Source of the DNA: an uncultured bacterium
Lineage (GTDB): Bacteria; Verrucomicrobiota; Verrucomicrobiia; Limisphaerales; UBA8199
Reading direction: 5' to 3'
Assembly (NCBI GenBank): GCA_963749495.1
Contig: CAVVMW010000023.1
Location: 128,001 to 192,000 of the forward strand
Length of the DNA stretch: 64,000 bases
The position numbers and the translations under genes are program-made. The notes below the pieces were generated by a model that was not told the origin of the DNA, ran no database searches, and worked only from the letters and a program-made list of their open reading frames with translations. Below, one piece after another: positions 20,423-29,497 of the stretch (the first letter of the stretch is position 1; each line of letters begins with the position of its first letter).

Positions 20423-21301
20423 ATGGAACCCGAGCCTGGAACCGCCAGAATCGCCGCGCACTCCCGGCGGGAGGCGATGGATTGGGGGTTGGTGCTGGTG
20501 AGCCAGGGCATCGAGGCGACGATCCAGGAGGCGGAGGATGGCACATCGTGGGGCCTGGTGGTGGCGGCGGAGGATTACGAGAGGGCGCTCAGCGCCATCG
20601 GGCAGTATCGGCTGGAGAACCGGGGCTGGCCCTGGCAACAACCGGTGTTGCAGCAGGGTTACCTGTTCGATTGGGGCAGCCTGGCTTGGGTGCTGCTGGT
20701 GGCGCTGTTTTTCTGGCTCGAGGAGCGCGAGGGCCTGCGCTGGGTGGGGATGCTGGACAGCGCGCAGTTGGCGCGCGGGCAATGGTGGCGGCTGTTCACA
20801 GCGGTCTGGCTTCACGGGGACGCGGGGCACCTGGCTGCCAATTCCACGCTGGGATTTGTGTTGCTGGGCCTGGCGATGGGACGCTACGGCACGGGGGTGG
20901 GACTGCTGGCGGCTTACCTGGCGGGGGTGGGCGGCAATCTCGCCGCCTGGCTGGGGGCGCTGGCTCCGCACCGCAGCCTCGGCGCCTCCGGCATGGTCCT
21001 GGGCTGCCTCGGGCTGCTGGCGGCGCAGTCGTTTGCCATGCGCGCGCGCAACCCTGCGGCGACCAAGCTGACTGTGAGCGGTCTCCTGGCCGGGTTGATG
21101 CTCTTTGTGCTCCTGGGCCTGACACCGGGCACGGATGTCGTCGCGCACTTTGGCGGCTTTCTGACCGGGGTGCTGCTCGGCGCGGTCTTGACGCAGGTCC
21201 CGAGCGTCGCGCGACGGGCTGGAGTGAACCTTCTTTGCGGACTGGCATTCGGGGCGCTGGTGGTAGTGCCGTGGTGGCTGGCGTTCGGGAGGGAAGGCTA
21301 A
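20423..21301 (+). CDS. Rhomboid family intramembrane serine protease
   Basis: WWRLFTAVWLH..HLAAN, GASG catalytic motif, AHFGGF. Confidence 0.93.
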   Translation: MEPEPGTARIAAHSRREAMDWGLVLVSQGIEATIQEAEDGTSWGLVVAAEDYERALSAIGQYRLENRGWPWQQPVLQQGYLFDWGSLAWVLLVALFFWLEEREGLRWVGMLDSAQLARGQWWRLFTAVWLHGDAGHLAANSTLGFVLLGLAMGRYGTGVGLLAAYLAGVGGNLAAWLGALAPHRSLGASGMVLGCLGLLAAQSFAMRARNPAATKLTVSGLLAGLMLFVLLGLTPGTDVVAHFGGFLTGVLLGAVLTQVPSVARRAGVNLLCGLAFGALVVVPWWLAFGREG

Positions 21302-21505
21302 AGGCTGAAGGCTAAAGTGCAAGTCCACAGTCCACAGTCCACAGTCCACAGTCCAGAGACCATCCAGCGAAGCGTAATCCGGAGCGCAGACTCCTCGCGT
21401 CATTGGTCATTCGTCCCTCGAGGCTCGCCCCTGAGCCTTCGGCGCCCCGACTGTGGACTGTGGACTGTGGACTGTGGACTGTTTCTTAGCCTTTAGCCTT
21501 TAGCC
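21295..21505. repeat. Nested inverted heptamer tandem repeats (GGCTAAA / AGTCCAC ... GACTGTG / TAGCCTT)
   Basis: Read directly: (AGTCCAC)x4 at 21322-21349, (GACTGTG)x4 at 21449-21476, outer GGCTAAA and TTAGCCT units. Confidence 0.9.
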
Positions 21506-21545
21506 GCCGGTTGCCACGGGTTCGCCCTTCTAGTAGTTTAGCGCC

Positions 21546-22202
21546 ATGGTTGCCTCGCTGCTCAGCGCCGAATCGCCACCGCCGGAGTTGGCCCGACTCC
21601 TGCGCCCCGAGCCGTTGCCCGACGGGACCGAACCCGAAGAGCGGATCATTCTTTGCGGCCTCTCCTGGCAGCGTTACCTGGATCTCGACAAGGCCTTGGG
21701 CGACGACCGCCCCGGCCCACGCTTTTACTACCTGGACGGCGAACTGGAGATTATGACAACTTCCAAGGAACACGAGCGGATCAAGACATGGTTGGGCGAT
21801 CTGCTCGCCATTTATTTCGATGAAATGGACGTCGAGATTATGCCGCACGGCCAAGCCACGATGCGGCTGGCCCTTGAGCAGGCGGGGGCCGAGCCCGACC
21901 TTTCGTGGTGCTTTGGCGAAGAGAAGGAGTTTCCGGATCTGGCCCTGGAAATCGCTCTGACCAGCGGCGGGGTCAACAAACTCGAACTGTATCGCCGGTT
22001 CCAGGTGGCGGAAGTCTGGTTTTGGCGCGCAGGCGGGCTGAGTGTTTTTGCGTTGCGGCAAGACAGCTCCGGGTACGAGCAGGTTGGCCGGAGCCGCCTG
22101 CTTCCGGGGCTCGACCTGGCTTTGCTGGCTCGCTGCGTGAGAATTGCCTCCTGGCAGCAGGCCCGGCGCGAGTTCCGCGCCGGGCTGGCATCCGCGAAAT
22201 GA
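21546..22202 (+). CDS. Uma2 family (DUF820) endonuclease
   Basis: SWQRY...YLDGELEIM..SKEHE, AEPDLS, PDLALEI, KLELYRRFQVAEVWFW. Confidence 0.92.
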   Translation: MVASLLSAESPPPELARLLRPEPLPDGTEPEERIILCGLSWQRYLDLDKALGDDRPGPRFYYLDGELEIMTTSKEHERIKTWLGDLLAIYFDEMDVEIMPHGQATMRLALEQAGAEPDLSWCFGEEKEFPDLALEIALTSGGVNKLELYRRFQVAEVWFWRAGGLSVFALRQDSSGYEQVGRSRLLPGLDLALLARCVRIASWQQARREFRAGLASAK

Positions 22203-22205
22203 GTG

Positions 22206-22460
22206 TTAATCGGTTTGGGCATGAGCGAGCTCTTTGCGGTTCAGGTTGATGCCCTCGATGACCGGCAGTGTGTGGCCAAGCTGCAGGCCGAGCAGCAACC
22301 ATTCCTCCAGTGTGCTCTGCAATTCGTCACGGCACTCCTCCAGGTTCGCTCCCTCCGCCCACAAGCCCTGGCACTGCGGAACGCGCCCGAAAAACCGGCC
22401 ATTCTCCATGAGCTCGTACCTCGCCTGCCGCATGGCCTGTTGGATATACTGTGTCAGCAT
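22206..22460 (-). CDS. HicB family antitoxin (no intact hicA)
   Basis: MLTQYIQQAMRQARYE...GRVPQCQGLWAEGANLEECRDELQSTLEEW is the HicB_lk/UPF0150 signature. Confidence 0.88.
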   Translation of the reverse strand: MLTQYIQQAMRQARYELMENGRFFGRVPQCQGLWAEGANLEECRDELQSTLEEWLLLGLQLGHTLPVIEGINLNRKELAHAQTD

Positions 22461-22712
22461 ACACTCATCGCACCGGGTCCAAATATAGGCTGCCGCGGGG
22501 GCCTAAGCCAGAGCAAAAGGAGGGGTCGGACGGCACAAGGCGCAGAAGGACACTGCCTCAGGGAAGGCCCGCATCGCAGCCCAGGTTTGGAAACCTGCAC
22601 TGCATCGCAGGCACTCGGACGGGCTCCCGGGAGCGGTATCGGGAAGCGGCCGAGCCAGGGTCTCGCTTTGATCCGGCTTGAACGCCTGGGGAATGCTGTA
22701 TAGTGTGTGTGC

Positions 22713-22958
22713 ATGGCGACCACAACGATTGCGCTGACACAGGAAGCTTACAAGCGGCTGAAAAGACAGAAGTTGCCGGGAGAGAGATTTTCCGACGTCG
22801 TGTTGCGCGAGGTCCCGGTGGTTTGCGAGACGGCCGGCGAGTTGGTCGAGTATGCGAAGTCTCACCCCGTCCCGAAGGCCAATGAAGAGCGGCGTGCAAT
22901 CATGCTGGCTGGTCGAGGCCGGCGCTCACGCTGGAAACTTCGTCGGCAGCAAAGATGA
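22713..22958 (+). CDS. VapB-like antitoxin, DUF217 family (no intact vapC)
   Basis: MATTTIALTQEAYKRLKRQKLPGERFSDVVLR matches the DUF217 pattern; TATAGT lies 8 bp before the ATG. Confidence 0.8.
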   Translation: MATTTIALTQEAYKRLKRQKLPGERFSDVVLREVPVVCETAGELVEYAKSHPVPKANEERRAIMLAGRGRRSRWKLRRQQR

Positions 22959-22976
22959 TCGCAGACAAAGCCCGCC

Positions 22977-24257
22977 ATGAGCGACTCATTCCCTCGGTTC
23001 TTTCGGCTGGGCCAGGTCTTCGAGGCGGCGGCAGTGTCCGACCCGGCTGGCGCCACGCGCCAGGCGCTGGAGGGATTGCCGGCGGGGGCGTTGGTCCGGC
23101 GCGGCATGAGGGTGGCAGTGGGGGCGGGCAGCCGCGGCATAGCCCATTACGATGTCATCGTGCGGACGGTTTGCGAGGAATTGAGGCGCCTCGGGGCGGA
23201 CGTGTTGATCGTTCCGGCGATGGGCAGCCACGGGGGAGCGACCGACGCAGGACAACTGGAAGTGCTGGCGCGCTACGGCATCACCGCGGGCACCATGGGC
23301 GCGCCGGTCCAGAGCAGCATGGAGGTGGTGGAACTGGGCAGCGCGGCCGGGTTCACGGTCTGCCAGGACCGCCACGCAGCCGGGGCCGACGCTATCGTCC
23401 TGGTCAATCGCATCAAACCGCACACCGACTTCCACGGGCCGATCGAGAGCGGGCTAATGAAGATGGCCCTGGTAGGGCTGGGCAAGCAGCGGGGCGCCCA
23501 CGAGTTTCATCGGGCCACGGTCCGGATGGGTCATGCCCAGGCGCTGTTGAGCGGCGCGCGGGAGGCGCTGGCGCGCAGCCGGATTGCCTTCGGGGTGGGC
23601 ATTCTGGAGAACCCGCTCCACCAGACCGCGCGCATCGTGGCGGTGCCGGCAGCGGCCATCGAGGCGCAGGAGATGAAACTGCTCGAGGAGGCGCGCCGCC
23701 TGATGCCACGGTTGCCCTTCGAGGAAGTGGACCTGCTCATCGTGGACGAGCTGGGCAAGAACCTCAGCGGCTCCGGCCTGGACACCAACGTCATCCGGCG
23801 CCAGACGGCGGGCAGCTTCGTCGGGCCCGGACCCAGTCCCGTGCTCCGCATCTACGTGCGCGCCCTCCACCCGGACAGCCACGGCAACGCCACCGGCATC
23901 GGCCTGGCCGACTTCGTCCACGACCGCCTGCTGAGCGCGATGGATTGCCAGGCCACGTGGATGAACGCCCTGACCGCGCTCATGCCGGCCAACGCCCGCG
24001 TCCCGATGCACTTCCCCACCGATCGCCAGGCCCTCATGACCGCCTTGCAAACGATCGCCCGCGCCGAACCCCGCCTGGCCAAAGTCCTCTGGATTCAGAA
24101 TACCCTCCGCTGCGGAACCCTGCTCGCCTCGGAGGCCTACCTCGACGAGGCCCGCCGCAGGCCCGATCTCAAGCCGCAGGGGCAACCGGCGCCGCTCGAC
24201 TTCGACGAGAGGGGGGATCTCAGGCCGGTGTTTGGCGCCGATTGCCCGGGCCATTGA
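22977..24257 (+). CDS. Lactate racemase (LarA)-like / DUF2088 domain protein
   Basis: VAVGAGSRGI, VPAMGSHGGAT..GQ, NRIKPHTDF, GKNLSGSGLDTNVI and HGNATGIGLAD motifs. Confidence 0.75.
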   Translation: MSDSFPRFFRLGQVFEAAAVSDPAGATRQALEGLPAGALVRRGMRVAVGAGSRGIAHYDVIVRTVCEELRRLGADVLIVPAMGSHGGATDAGQLEVLARYGITAGTMGAPVQSSMEVVELGSAAGFTVCQDRHAAGADAIVLVNRIKPHTDFHGPIESGLMKMALVGLGKQRGAHEFHRATVRMGHAQALLSGAREALARSRIAFGVGILENPLHQTARIVAVPAAAIEAQEMKLLEEARRLMPRLPFEEVDLLIVDELGKNLSGSGLDTNVIRRQTAGSFVGPGPSPVLRIYVRALHPDSHGNATGIGLADFVHDRLLSAMDCQATWMNALTALMPANARVPMHFPTDRQALMTALQTIARAEPRLAKVLWIQNTLRCGTLLASEAYLDEARRRPDLKPQGQPAPLDFDERGDLRPVFGADCPGH

Positions 24258-24295
24258 TCCCGTCCTGGCTGCAGCCTGCCCGGAGGACTCCCGGT

Positions 24296-24357
24296 CCGGA
24301 CCTTTGTCGAGACCTGGCCGGTTCGACAAAGGTTGCGACAAAGGTTGCGACAAAGGC
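24296..24357. repeat. CCTTTGTCG palindromic dispersed repeat, copy 3 (shortened)
   Basis: One left unit and three right CGACAAAGG units. Confidence 0.85.
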
Positions 24358-24423
24358 GTCGAAAACGTTTTCCTCGCAACCATTCCATGGACGGCCCGGT
24401 CTGGATTTGCTATTCCTGGGGGT

Positions 24424-25848
24424 GTGAACACGCGAGCATTGAAGACCCTCTTTCAGACCCTCCTCTTGCTGGCCTTTCTGGCCGGCGGCCAGACCCGGCT
24501 CCACTCAGGGGAAATCGTCACCGTCCGCCCCCAGGAGATCGACGACGTGCTGGTCAATCCTGGGGTCGGTTTCACCACCTTCCAGCGGTTCAACGGGGAC
24601 AAATTGAACGAGGGGCTCAAGTGGACCGAGGGTTTCCCGATAGACTATCAGCCCTTCTCCGGGAGCCTGGCCAACCAGGACCACCCGGCGACCAGCATCG
24701 CCTACTTCCGCGTGTATTGGAAATTCGTCGAGCCCGAGGCGGGGGTTTACCGGTGGGAGCTGCTCGACAAGGCGCTGGGGGTGGCGCGGGAGCGGGGGCA
24801 GTCGCTGATGCTGAGGATAGCCCCCTACGGGACCGGCCCCGAGAACGACGTGCCGGCGTGGTACAGGGCGCTGGTGGCCGGGCAGGACATCGAGAAGAAA
24901 CTGCCGGTCGAGAAATGGCGGGTCCACCCGGAGAACCCGCTTTACCTCAAGCACTTTGGGGGCCTGGTTCGCGCGCTGGGCGCGCGCTATGACGGGCACG
25001 AGGACCTGGAGCTGGTGGATGTCTCGATCGTGGGCGCCTGGGGCGAAGGCGCCGGCTCGGAAGAGTTGACCGATGCCACGCGGCAGGCCCTGCTGGATTG
25101 CTACCTGGACAGCTTCCGGACCACGCCGCTGGTGCTCCAACTCCAGGACCCCAAGTCCACTCACTACGCCCTGGCCAAACGGCCGGTGGGCTGGCGCGTG
25201 GATTGCCTGGGCGACTTGGGCGGCTTCAGCAAGACCTGGTGCCACATGAACGATTACTATCCGCAGATGCTCATCCAAACGGGCATGCAGGAGGCCTGGC
25301 GCCGCGCCCCGGTGACGATGGAGGCCTGCTGGGTCATGCAGTTCTGGAAGGACCACGCCTGGGACGTCAACCACATCATCGATGAATCGCTCAAGTGGCA
25401 CATCTCCTCGTTCAACGGAAAATCCTCGGCGGTCCCCGCCGAATGGCGGCCCCAAGTGGACCGATGGCTCAAGAAGATGGGTTACCGGTTTGTCCTGCAC
25501 AAGCTCACTTACCCTGCCGGCGTGCGTCCGGGCGGCAGCCTGGCTTTGACCTCGTGGTGGGAGAACAAGGGCGTGGCGCCGTGCTACAAGCACTACACGC
25601 TGGCGCTCCGGCTCAAGAACAGCCGCCGCTCCGAGACGCTCGTCACGGGCGCGGACATCACCACCTGGCTGCCCGGCGACAACCTCTTCGACGGCGCGGT
25701 AACCGTCCCGGCAAACCTGCCTGCGGGGCAATACGATTTGGCCCTGGCCCTGCTGGACCCGCATTCGCAGCAGCCCAAGATCCGCCTGGCCATCGCCGGC
25801 CGGGACGAGGAGGGCTGGTATGGGCTGGGGAAGCTCGCGGTCGAATAG
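24424..25848 (+). CDS. DUF4832 domain secreted protein (beta-galactosidase-like glycoside hydrolase fold)
   Basis: Signal peptide; LVNPGVGF, YFRVYWKFVEPE.G.Y.W, GAWGEG, MGYRF and WENKGVAP motifs; GTG start inferred. Confidence 0.7.
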   Translation: MNTRALKTLFQTLLLLAFLAGGQTRLHSGEIVTVRPQEIDDVLVNPGVGFTTFQRFNGDKLNEGLKWTEGFPIDYQPFSGSLANQDHPATSIAYFRVYWKFVEPEAGVYRWELLDKALGVARERGQSLMLRIAPYGTGPENDVPAWYRALVAGQDIEKKLPVEKWRVHPENPLYLKHFGGLVRALGARYDGHEDLELVDVSIVGAWGEGAGSEELTDATRQALLDCYLDSFRTTPLVLQLQDPKSTHYALAKRPVGWRVDCLGDLGGFSKTWCHMNDYYPQMLIQTGMQEAWRRAPVTMEACWVMQFWKDHAWDVNHIIDESLKWHISSFNGKSSAVPAEWRPQVDRWLKKMGYRFVLHKLTYPAGVRPGGSLALTSWWENKGVAPCYKHYTLALRLKNSRRSETLVTGADITTWLPGDNLFDGAVTVPANLPAGQYDLALALLDPHSQQPKIRLAIAGRDEEGWYGLGKLAVE

Positions 25849-25849
25849 A

Positions 25850-26029
25850 AAAGGCTAAAGGCTAAAGGCTAAAGGCTAAAGGCTAAAGGCTAAAGGCTGA
25901 AGTGAAGACAAAAACAAAGAACCCCTTCGTGGCGCCGCCAACCTGCCGTCCTTTGGCCTTTAGCCTTCAGCCTTCAGCCTTTCCCCTTGCCTCCGGCCTT
26001 TAGCCTTCAGCCTTTAGCCTTCAGCCTTT
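25850..26029. repeat. (AAAGGCT)x7 with inverted (AGCCTTY) arrays between convergent genes
   Basis: Seven exact units at 25850-25898; inverted arrays at about 25955-25981 and 25995-26029; a likely bidirectional stem. Confidence 0.9.
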
Positions 26030-26863
26030 GCCCATATCGGCGGCCTTCTGCAGGATCATCGGCTTGGCTTCTTCCATCATGTCGCGCATGTCGGCGTAGC
26101 GCAGGGTGCGCTGCTCGAAGGAGCGTTTTTGCAGGGCGCCGAGGAAGCGGCCCTCGAATTCTTTGAAATAGCTGCCGTAGATGTGGTAGCTGTCGGCGAT
26201 ATGGAGGTAGCGGCCAACGGTGACAGGCCGGGCGGTGAGTTGGGCGATGCGGGCGGCGATGCGCTGCTGGAGTTGCACCAGGGCGAAGATGTTCATGAAG
26301 GCGGCCTTGTAGGCGTCGTTGGAGCGGAACCGGACGTTCATGCTGAGCACCGGCTCGCCCTCCTGTTCGAGCATCCGGCACCAGATGCTCTGCATGCAGG
26401 CCGGGTCGTAGCACTCGTTGTCTTCCCAGACCTTCCAGGTGATCGCCTGGGCGCGCCGCGTGTGGGGCGTCTTGGCCAGCTTGCGGCAGATGTTCTCGAT
26501 CTGGTCGAACGGCTTGAGCGAGGGCGCCTGGTACTTGAAGAGTCGCTGGTGATAGGTGTATTCCCAGCGCGTGTCTTGGGGGTCGTCCGGGTTGCGGACC
26601 AGGTGGTCCTTGATGCCGTCGCAGACCTCCATGACGTACTCCTGCAGGTCGAGCGGGCCGCCGGGAAAGTCCTTGTGGATCATCGGCTCCTGCAACGGAT
26701 CGCTGATCGTGATGAACATCGTCGCGTCCCTGCTCGGCGGGTCTTCCGGTTTGTCGTACTCGGTCCTGAGCCGGCAGCCCTTGGCGTGCAACTCGATGAG
26801 CGACAACTCCCAGGCCCGGGCGATGCAGTCCGCCTCTACACTAAGAACAGGTATGCCTTTCAT
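26021..26863 (-). CDS. thyA: Thymidylate synthase, archaeal/methanogen-type
   Basis: YTYHQRL, FDQIE, TRRAQAITW, DPAC (catalytic Cys), FRSND, NIFAL (Asn, dUMP determinant) and SYHIY; start overlaps the upstream stop. Confidence 0.8.
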   Translation of the reverse strand: MKGIPVLSVEADCIARAWELSLIELHAKGCRLRTEYDKPEDPPSRDATMFITISDPLQEPMIHKDFPGGPLDLQEYVMEVCDGIKDHLVRNPDDPQDTRWEYTYHQRLFKYQAPSLKPFDQIENICRKLAKTPHTRRAQAITWKVWEDNECYDPACMQSIWCRMLEQEGEPVLSMNVRFRSNDAYKAAFMNIFALVQLQQRIAARIAQLTARPVTVGRYLHIADSYHIYGSYFKEFEGRFLGALQKRSFEQRTLRYADMRDMMEEAKPMILQKAADMGKG

Positions 26864-28266
26864 GTTTGGAGGTAGTTGTGCATGGCCTGGGCGGCGCGTT
26901 TGCCGTCGCCCATGGCCAGGATGACGGTGGCGGCGCCGCGGACGATGTCGCCGCCGGCAAAGATACCCGGCAGGCTGGTCATGCCGTTTTCGTCCACGAT
27001 GATGTTGCCGTATTTGTTGAGTTTGAGCTCGGGGCAGGTGGCGGTGAGGAGGGGATTGGCGCGGGTGCCGACGGCCACCACGACGGTGTCGCAAGGGATG
27101 ACGAACTCAGAGCCGGGGATGGGCACGGGCCGGGCGCGGCCGGAGGCATCGGGCTCACCCAGTTGCACACGGATGCATTTAAGGCCGGTGACCCATTTCT
27201 TGTCGTTGCCCAGCACTTCGCAGGGGGCAACCAGGAACTCGAACTGGATGCCCTCCTCCTCGCCATGGTGGATCTCCTCGGCGCGGGCGGGCATCTCCTT
27301 GCGAGTGCGGCGATAGACGATGGTCGAGGCGGCGCCCAGGCGCTTGGCGGTGCGTGCGGAGTCCATGGCGACGTTGCCGCCGCCGACGGTGGCAACGCGT
27401 TGGCCCTTGAGGACAGGGGTGTCGGACCTGGGGAACTGGTAGGCGGCCATGAGGTTGACCCGGGTGAGGTATTCGTTGGCCGAATAGACGCCCTTGAGGT
27501 TTTCGCCGGGGACATTCATGAACACCGGCAGGCCGGCGCCGTTGGCGATGAAGAGGGCGTCGAAGCGCGCTCGCAATTCCTGCAGGGTATAGGTCCGGCC
27601 GATGACCGTGTTGCAAACGATGCGGACCCCGGCCTGTTCGAGGCGGGCGACTTCGTCCCGGACGATCTTCTTGGGGAGCCGGAACTCCGGGATGCCATAG
27701 ACCAGAACGCCGCCCGGCTTGTGGAGGGCCTCGAAGACGGTGACCTCGTGGCCGCGCCGGGCCAATTCGCCGGCGGCGGTCAGTCCGCCCGGGCCGGAGC
27801 CGACGATGGCAACCTTGCGGCCGGTGGGTGGGGCCACTTGCAGGGGGAATTGGCCTTCGTGGCCGCGCACCCAATCGCCGACGAAGCGCTCGAGGTAGCC
27901 GACGGCCACGGGCAGGCCCTTGCGGCCGCGGATGCACTCGATTTCACATTGGGTCTCCTGGGGGCAGACCCGGCCCGTGACCGCCGGCAGGGCGTTGTCG
28001 CTCAGCAGGCACTGCGCGGCGGCGGCCATGTCCCCCTGCCAGAGGAGATCGATGAAGCGCGGGATGTTCACCAGGACGGGGCAGCCGGAGATGCACTTGG
28101 GGTCTTTGCATTGAAGACACCGCTCGGCCTCGAGCAAGGCCACCTTCTCGGGCAGCCCGAGGTTGACTTCGTCGAAATTGGCGTTGCGGACCTGGGGGTC
28201 CTGTTCCGACATCTTCTGCCGGTCGAGGGACAGGCGTTGCTTGGTAGTGGGTTTAGGCGCCGGCAT
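26860..28266 (-). CDS. nfnB: NADH-dependent reduced ferredoxin:NADP+ oxidoreductase large subunit (NfnB/SudA; often annotated homotetrameric glutamate synthase)
   Basis: EAERCLQCKDPKCISGCPV, GRVCPQETQCE, GSGPGG, YGIPEFRLPK, GGGNVAMD and GGDIVRGAATVI motifs. Confidence 0.88.
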   Translation of the reverse strand: MPAPKPTTKQRLSLDRQKMSEQDPQVRNANFDEVNLGLPEKVALLEAERCLQCKDPKCISGCPVLVNIPRFIDLLWQGDMAAAAQCLLSDNALPAVTGRVCPQETQCEIECIRGRKGLPVAVGYLERFVGDWVRGHEGQFPLQVAPPTGRKVAIVGSGPGGLTAAGELARRGHEVTVFEALHKPGGVLVYGIPEFRLPKKIVRDEVARLEQAGVRIVCNTVIGRTYTLQELRARFDALFIANGAGLPVFMNVPGENLKGVYSANEYLTRVNLMAAYQFPRSDTPVLKGQRVATVGGGNVAMDSARTAKRLGAASTIVYRRTRKEMPARAEEIHHGEEEGIQFEFLVAPCEVLGNDKKWVTGLKCIRVQLGEPDASGRARPVPIPGSEFVIPCDTVVVAVGTRANPLLTATCPELKLNKYGNIIVDENGMTSLPGIFAGGDIVRGAATVILAMGDGKRAAQAMHNYLQT

Positions 28267-28297
28267 GGCGAGAGAGACCGTGGTTCAATAAATACCA

Positions 28298-29200
28298 CTA
28301 AGGCAGCCCGATTTTGCAGGCGCCGGGTTGGCAGGCGGCCAGGGCCTGCTGCTCGAATTCGCGGTAGGTGGTCAGGCGGTCCATGAGGAGGTCGAAATCC
28401 ACCAGGTGGCCGTCGAACTCGGGGCCGTCCACGCAGGCGAACTTGGTTTCATGGCCCACAGCGACCCGGCAGCCGCCGCACATGCCGGTGCCGTCCACCA
28501 TCACCGGGTTGAGCGAGACGATGGTCCGCAGCTTCAGGGGGCGGGTGAGGTTGACGACGGCGCGCATCATGGGCACGGGGCCGACGGCATAGACGACATC
28601 AACGCTCCCCTGGGCCAGGACGTCGCGGACGGCATCGGTCACGAACCCGTGCCGGCCATAACTGCCGTCGTCGGTGCAGACCAGGACCTGGCCCAAGCGG
28701 CGCAGCTCAGCCTCGAAAATGACCCATTCGCGCGAGCGCCCGCCGATGACGCTGAGCACGCTCACGCCCCGGGCGTGCAGGCCCTGGGCGATGGGGTGGA
28801 CCACCGCGGTGCCGACACCGCCCCCGATGCACAGGGCGCGCCCGGCTTCAATCAACTCCGTCGGATGGCCCAGCGGTCCAGCGATGTCCGCTATGGCCTG
28901 CCCGGGTTCGAGGGCGGCCAGTTCGCGCGTGCTCTTGCCCACCGCCTGGATGACCAGGGCAATCGAGCCGGCGGCGGCATCCGAGTCCGCAATCGTCAGC
29001 GGGATGCGCTCCGCCCCTTCGCCGCGCCGCACGATGACGAATTGGCCCGGCGCGCGGACCTGGGCAATGCGGGGCGCGAGCACGTCCAGGCGCGTCACGT
29101 TGGGGCTGAGCGGCGCCCTGGCGATGATGCGGTGCGCCAGGGGGGGCAGGATGCCTCTCTCGGGTTCCTCCCCTGAAGGTGCGGTATTCAATTTCATCAA
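28298..29200 (-). CDS. nfnA: Nfn small subunit (NfnA/SudB; FAD, 2Fe-2S); exact start uncertain
   Basis: PGQFVIVR, ERIPLTIAD, GGGVG, VGPVPMM and MVDGTGMCGGCRV...FACVDGPEFDG motifs. Confidence 0.88.
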   Translation of the reverse strand: MMKLNTAPSGEEPERGILPPLAHRIIARAPLSPNVTRLDVLAPRIAQVRAPGQFVIVRRGEGAERIPLTIADSDAAAGSIALVIQAVGKSTRELAALEPGQAIADIAGPLGHPTELIEAGRALCIGGGVGTAVVHPIAQGLHARGVSVLSVIGGRSREWVIFEAELRRLGQVLVCTDDGSYGRHGFVTDAVRDVLAQGSVDVVYAVGPVPMMRAVVNLTRPLKLRTIVSLNPVMVDGTGMCGGCRVAVGHETKFACVDGPEFDGHLVDFDLLMDRLTTYREFEQQALAACQPGACKIGLP

Positions 29201-29497
29201 CGGTTGCCATGATGCGGGTTAACCTCGCTCTCGTCAACAGCACAGCGCCCCAGCGATGGGAGGGGCGGCGTCGGACCCGTCGGACCGGTCTGACGCGTCC
29301 GACGGCCCGCCCGGCGCCAGCGCGCCCGCGCATTTTCGGCTACAGTCCCGCCGGGGGCTGCCGATAACGCTAGAGTAAGTCTTATTGTGAGCGTCGCACC
29401 GTCACAGCTACGCTTTCCCAGAGATCGGGCCGCAGTGTCTCGTGGTGCTGCCGGCCGGGCTAGGGGTAGTGACGGGCTGCGCAGATTCCATGCGAAT

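Noticed and set aside
22955..24427. 490-aa ORF as a VapC toxin
   Set aside because: Only the first four codons look PIN-like; the rest is a low-complexity shadow frame of the DUF2088 gene.
26021..26863. Phage-type dCMP hydroxymethylase / DNA hypermodification locus
   Set aside because: It has the Asn determinant for dUMP, host-like codon use and no neighbouring modification or phage genes.
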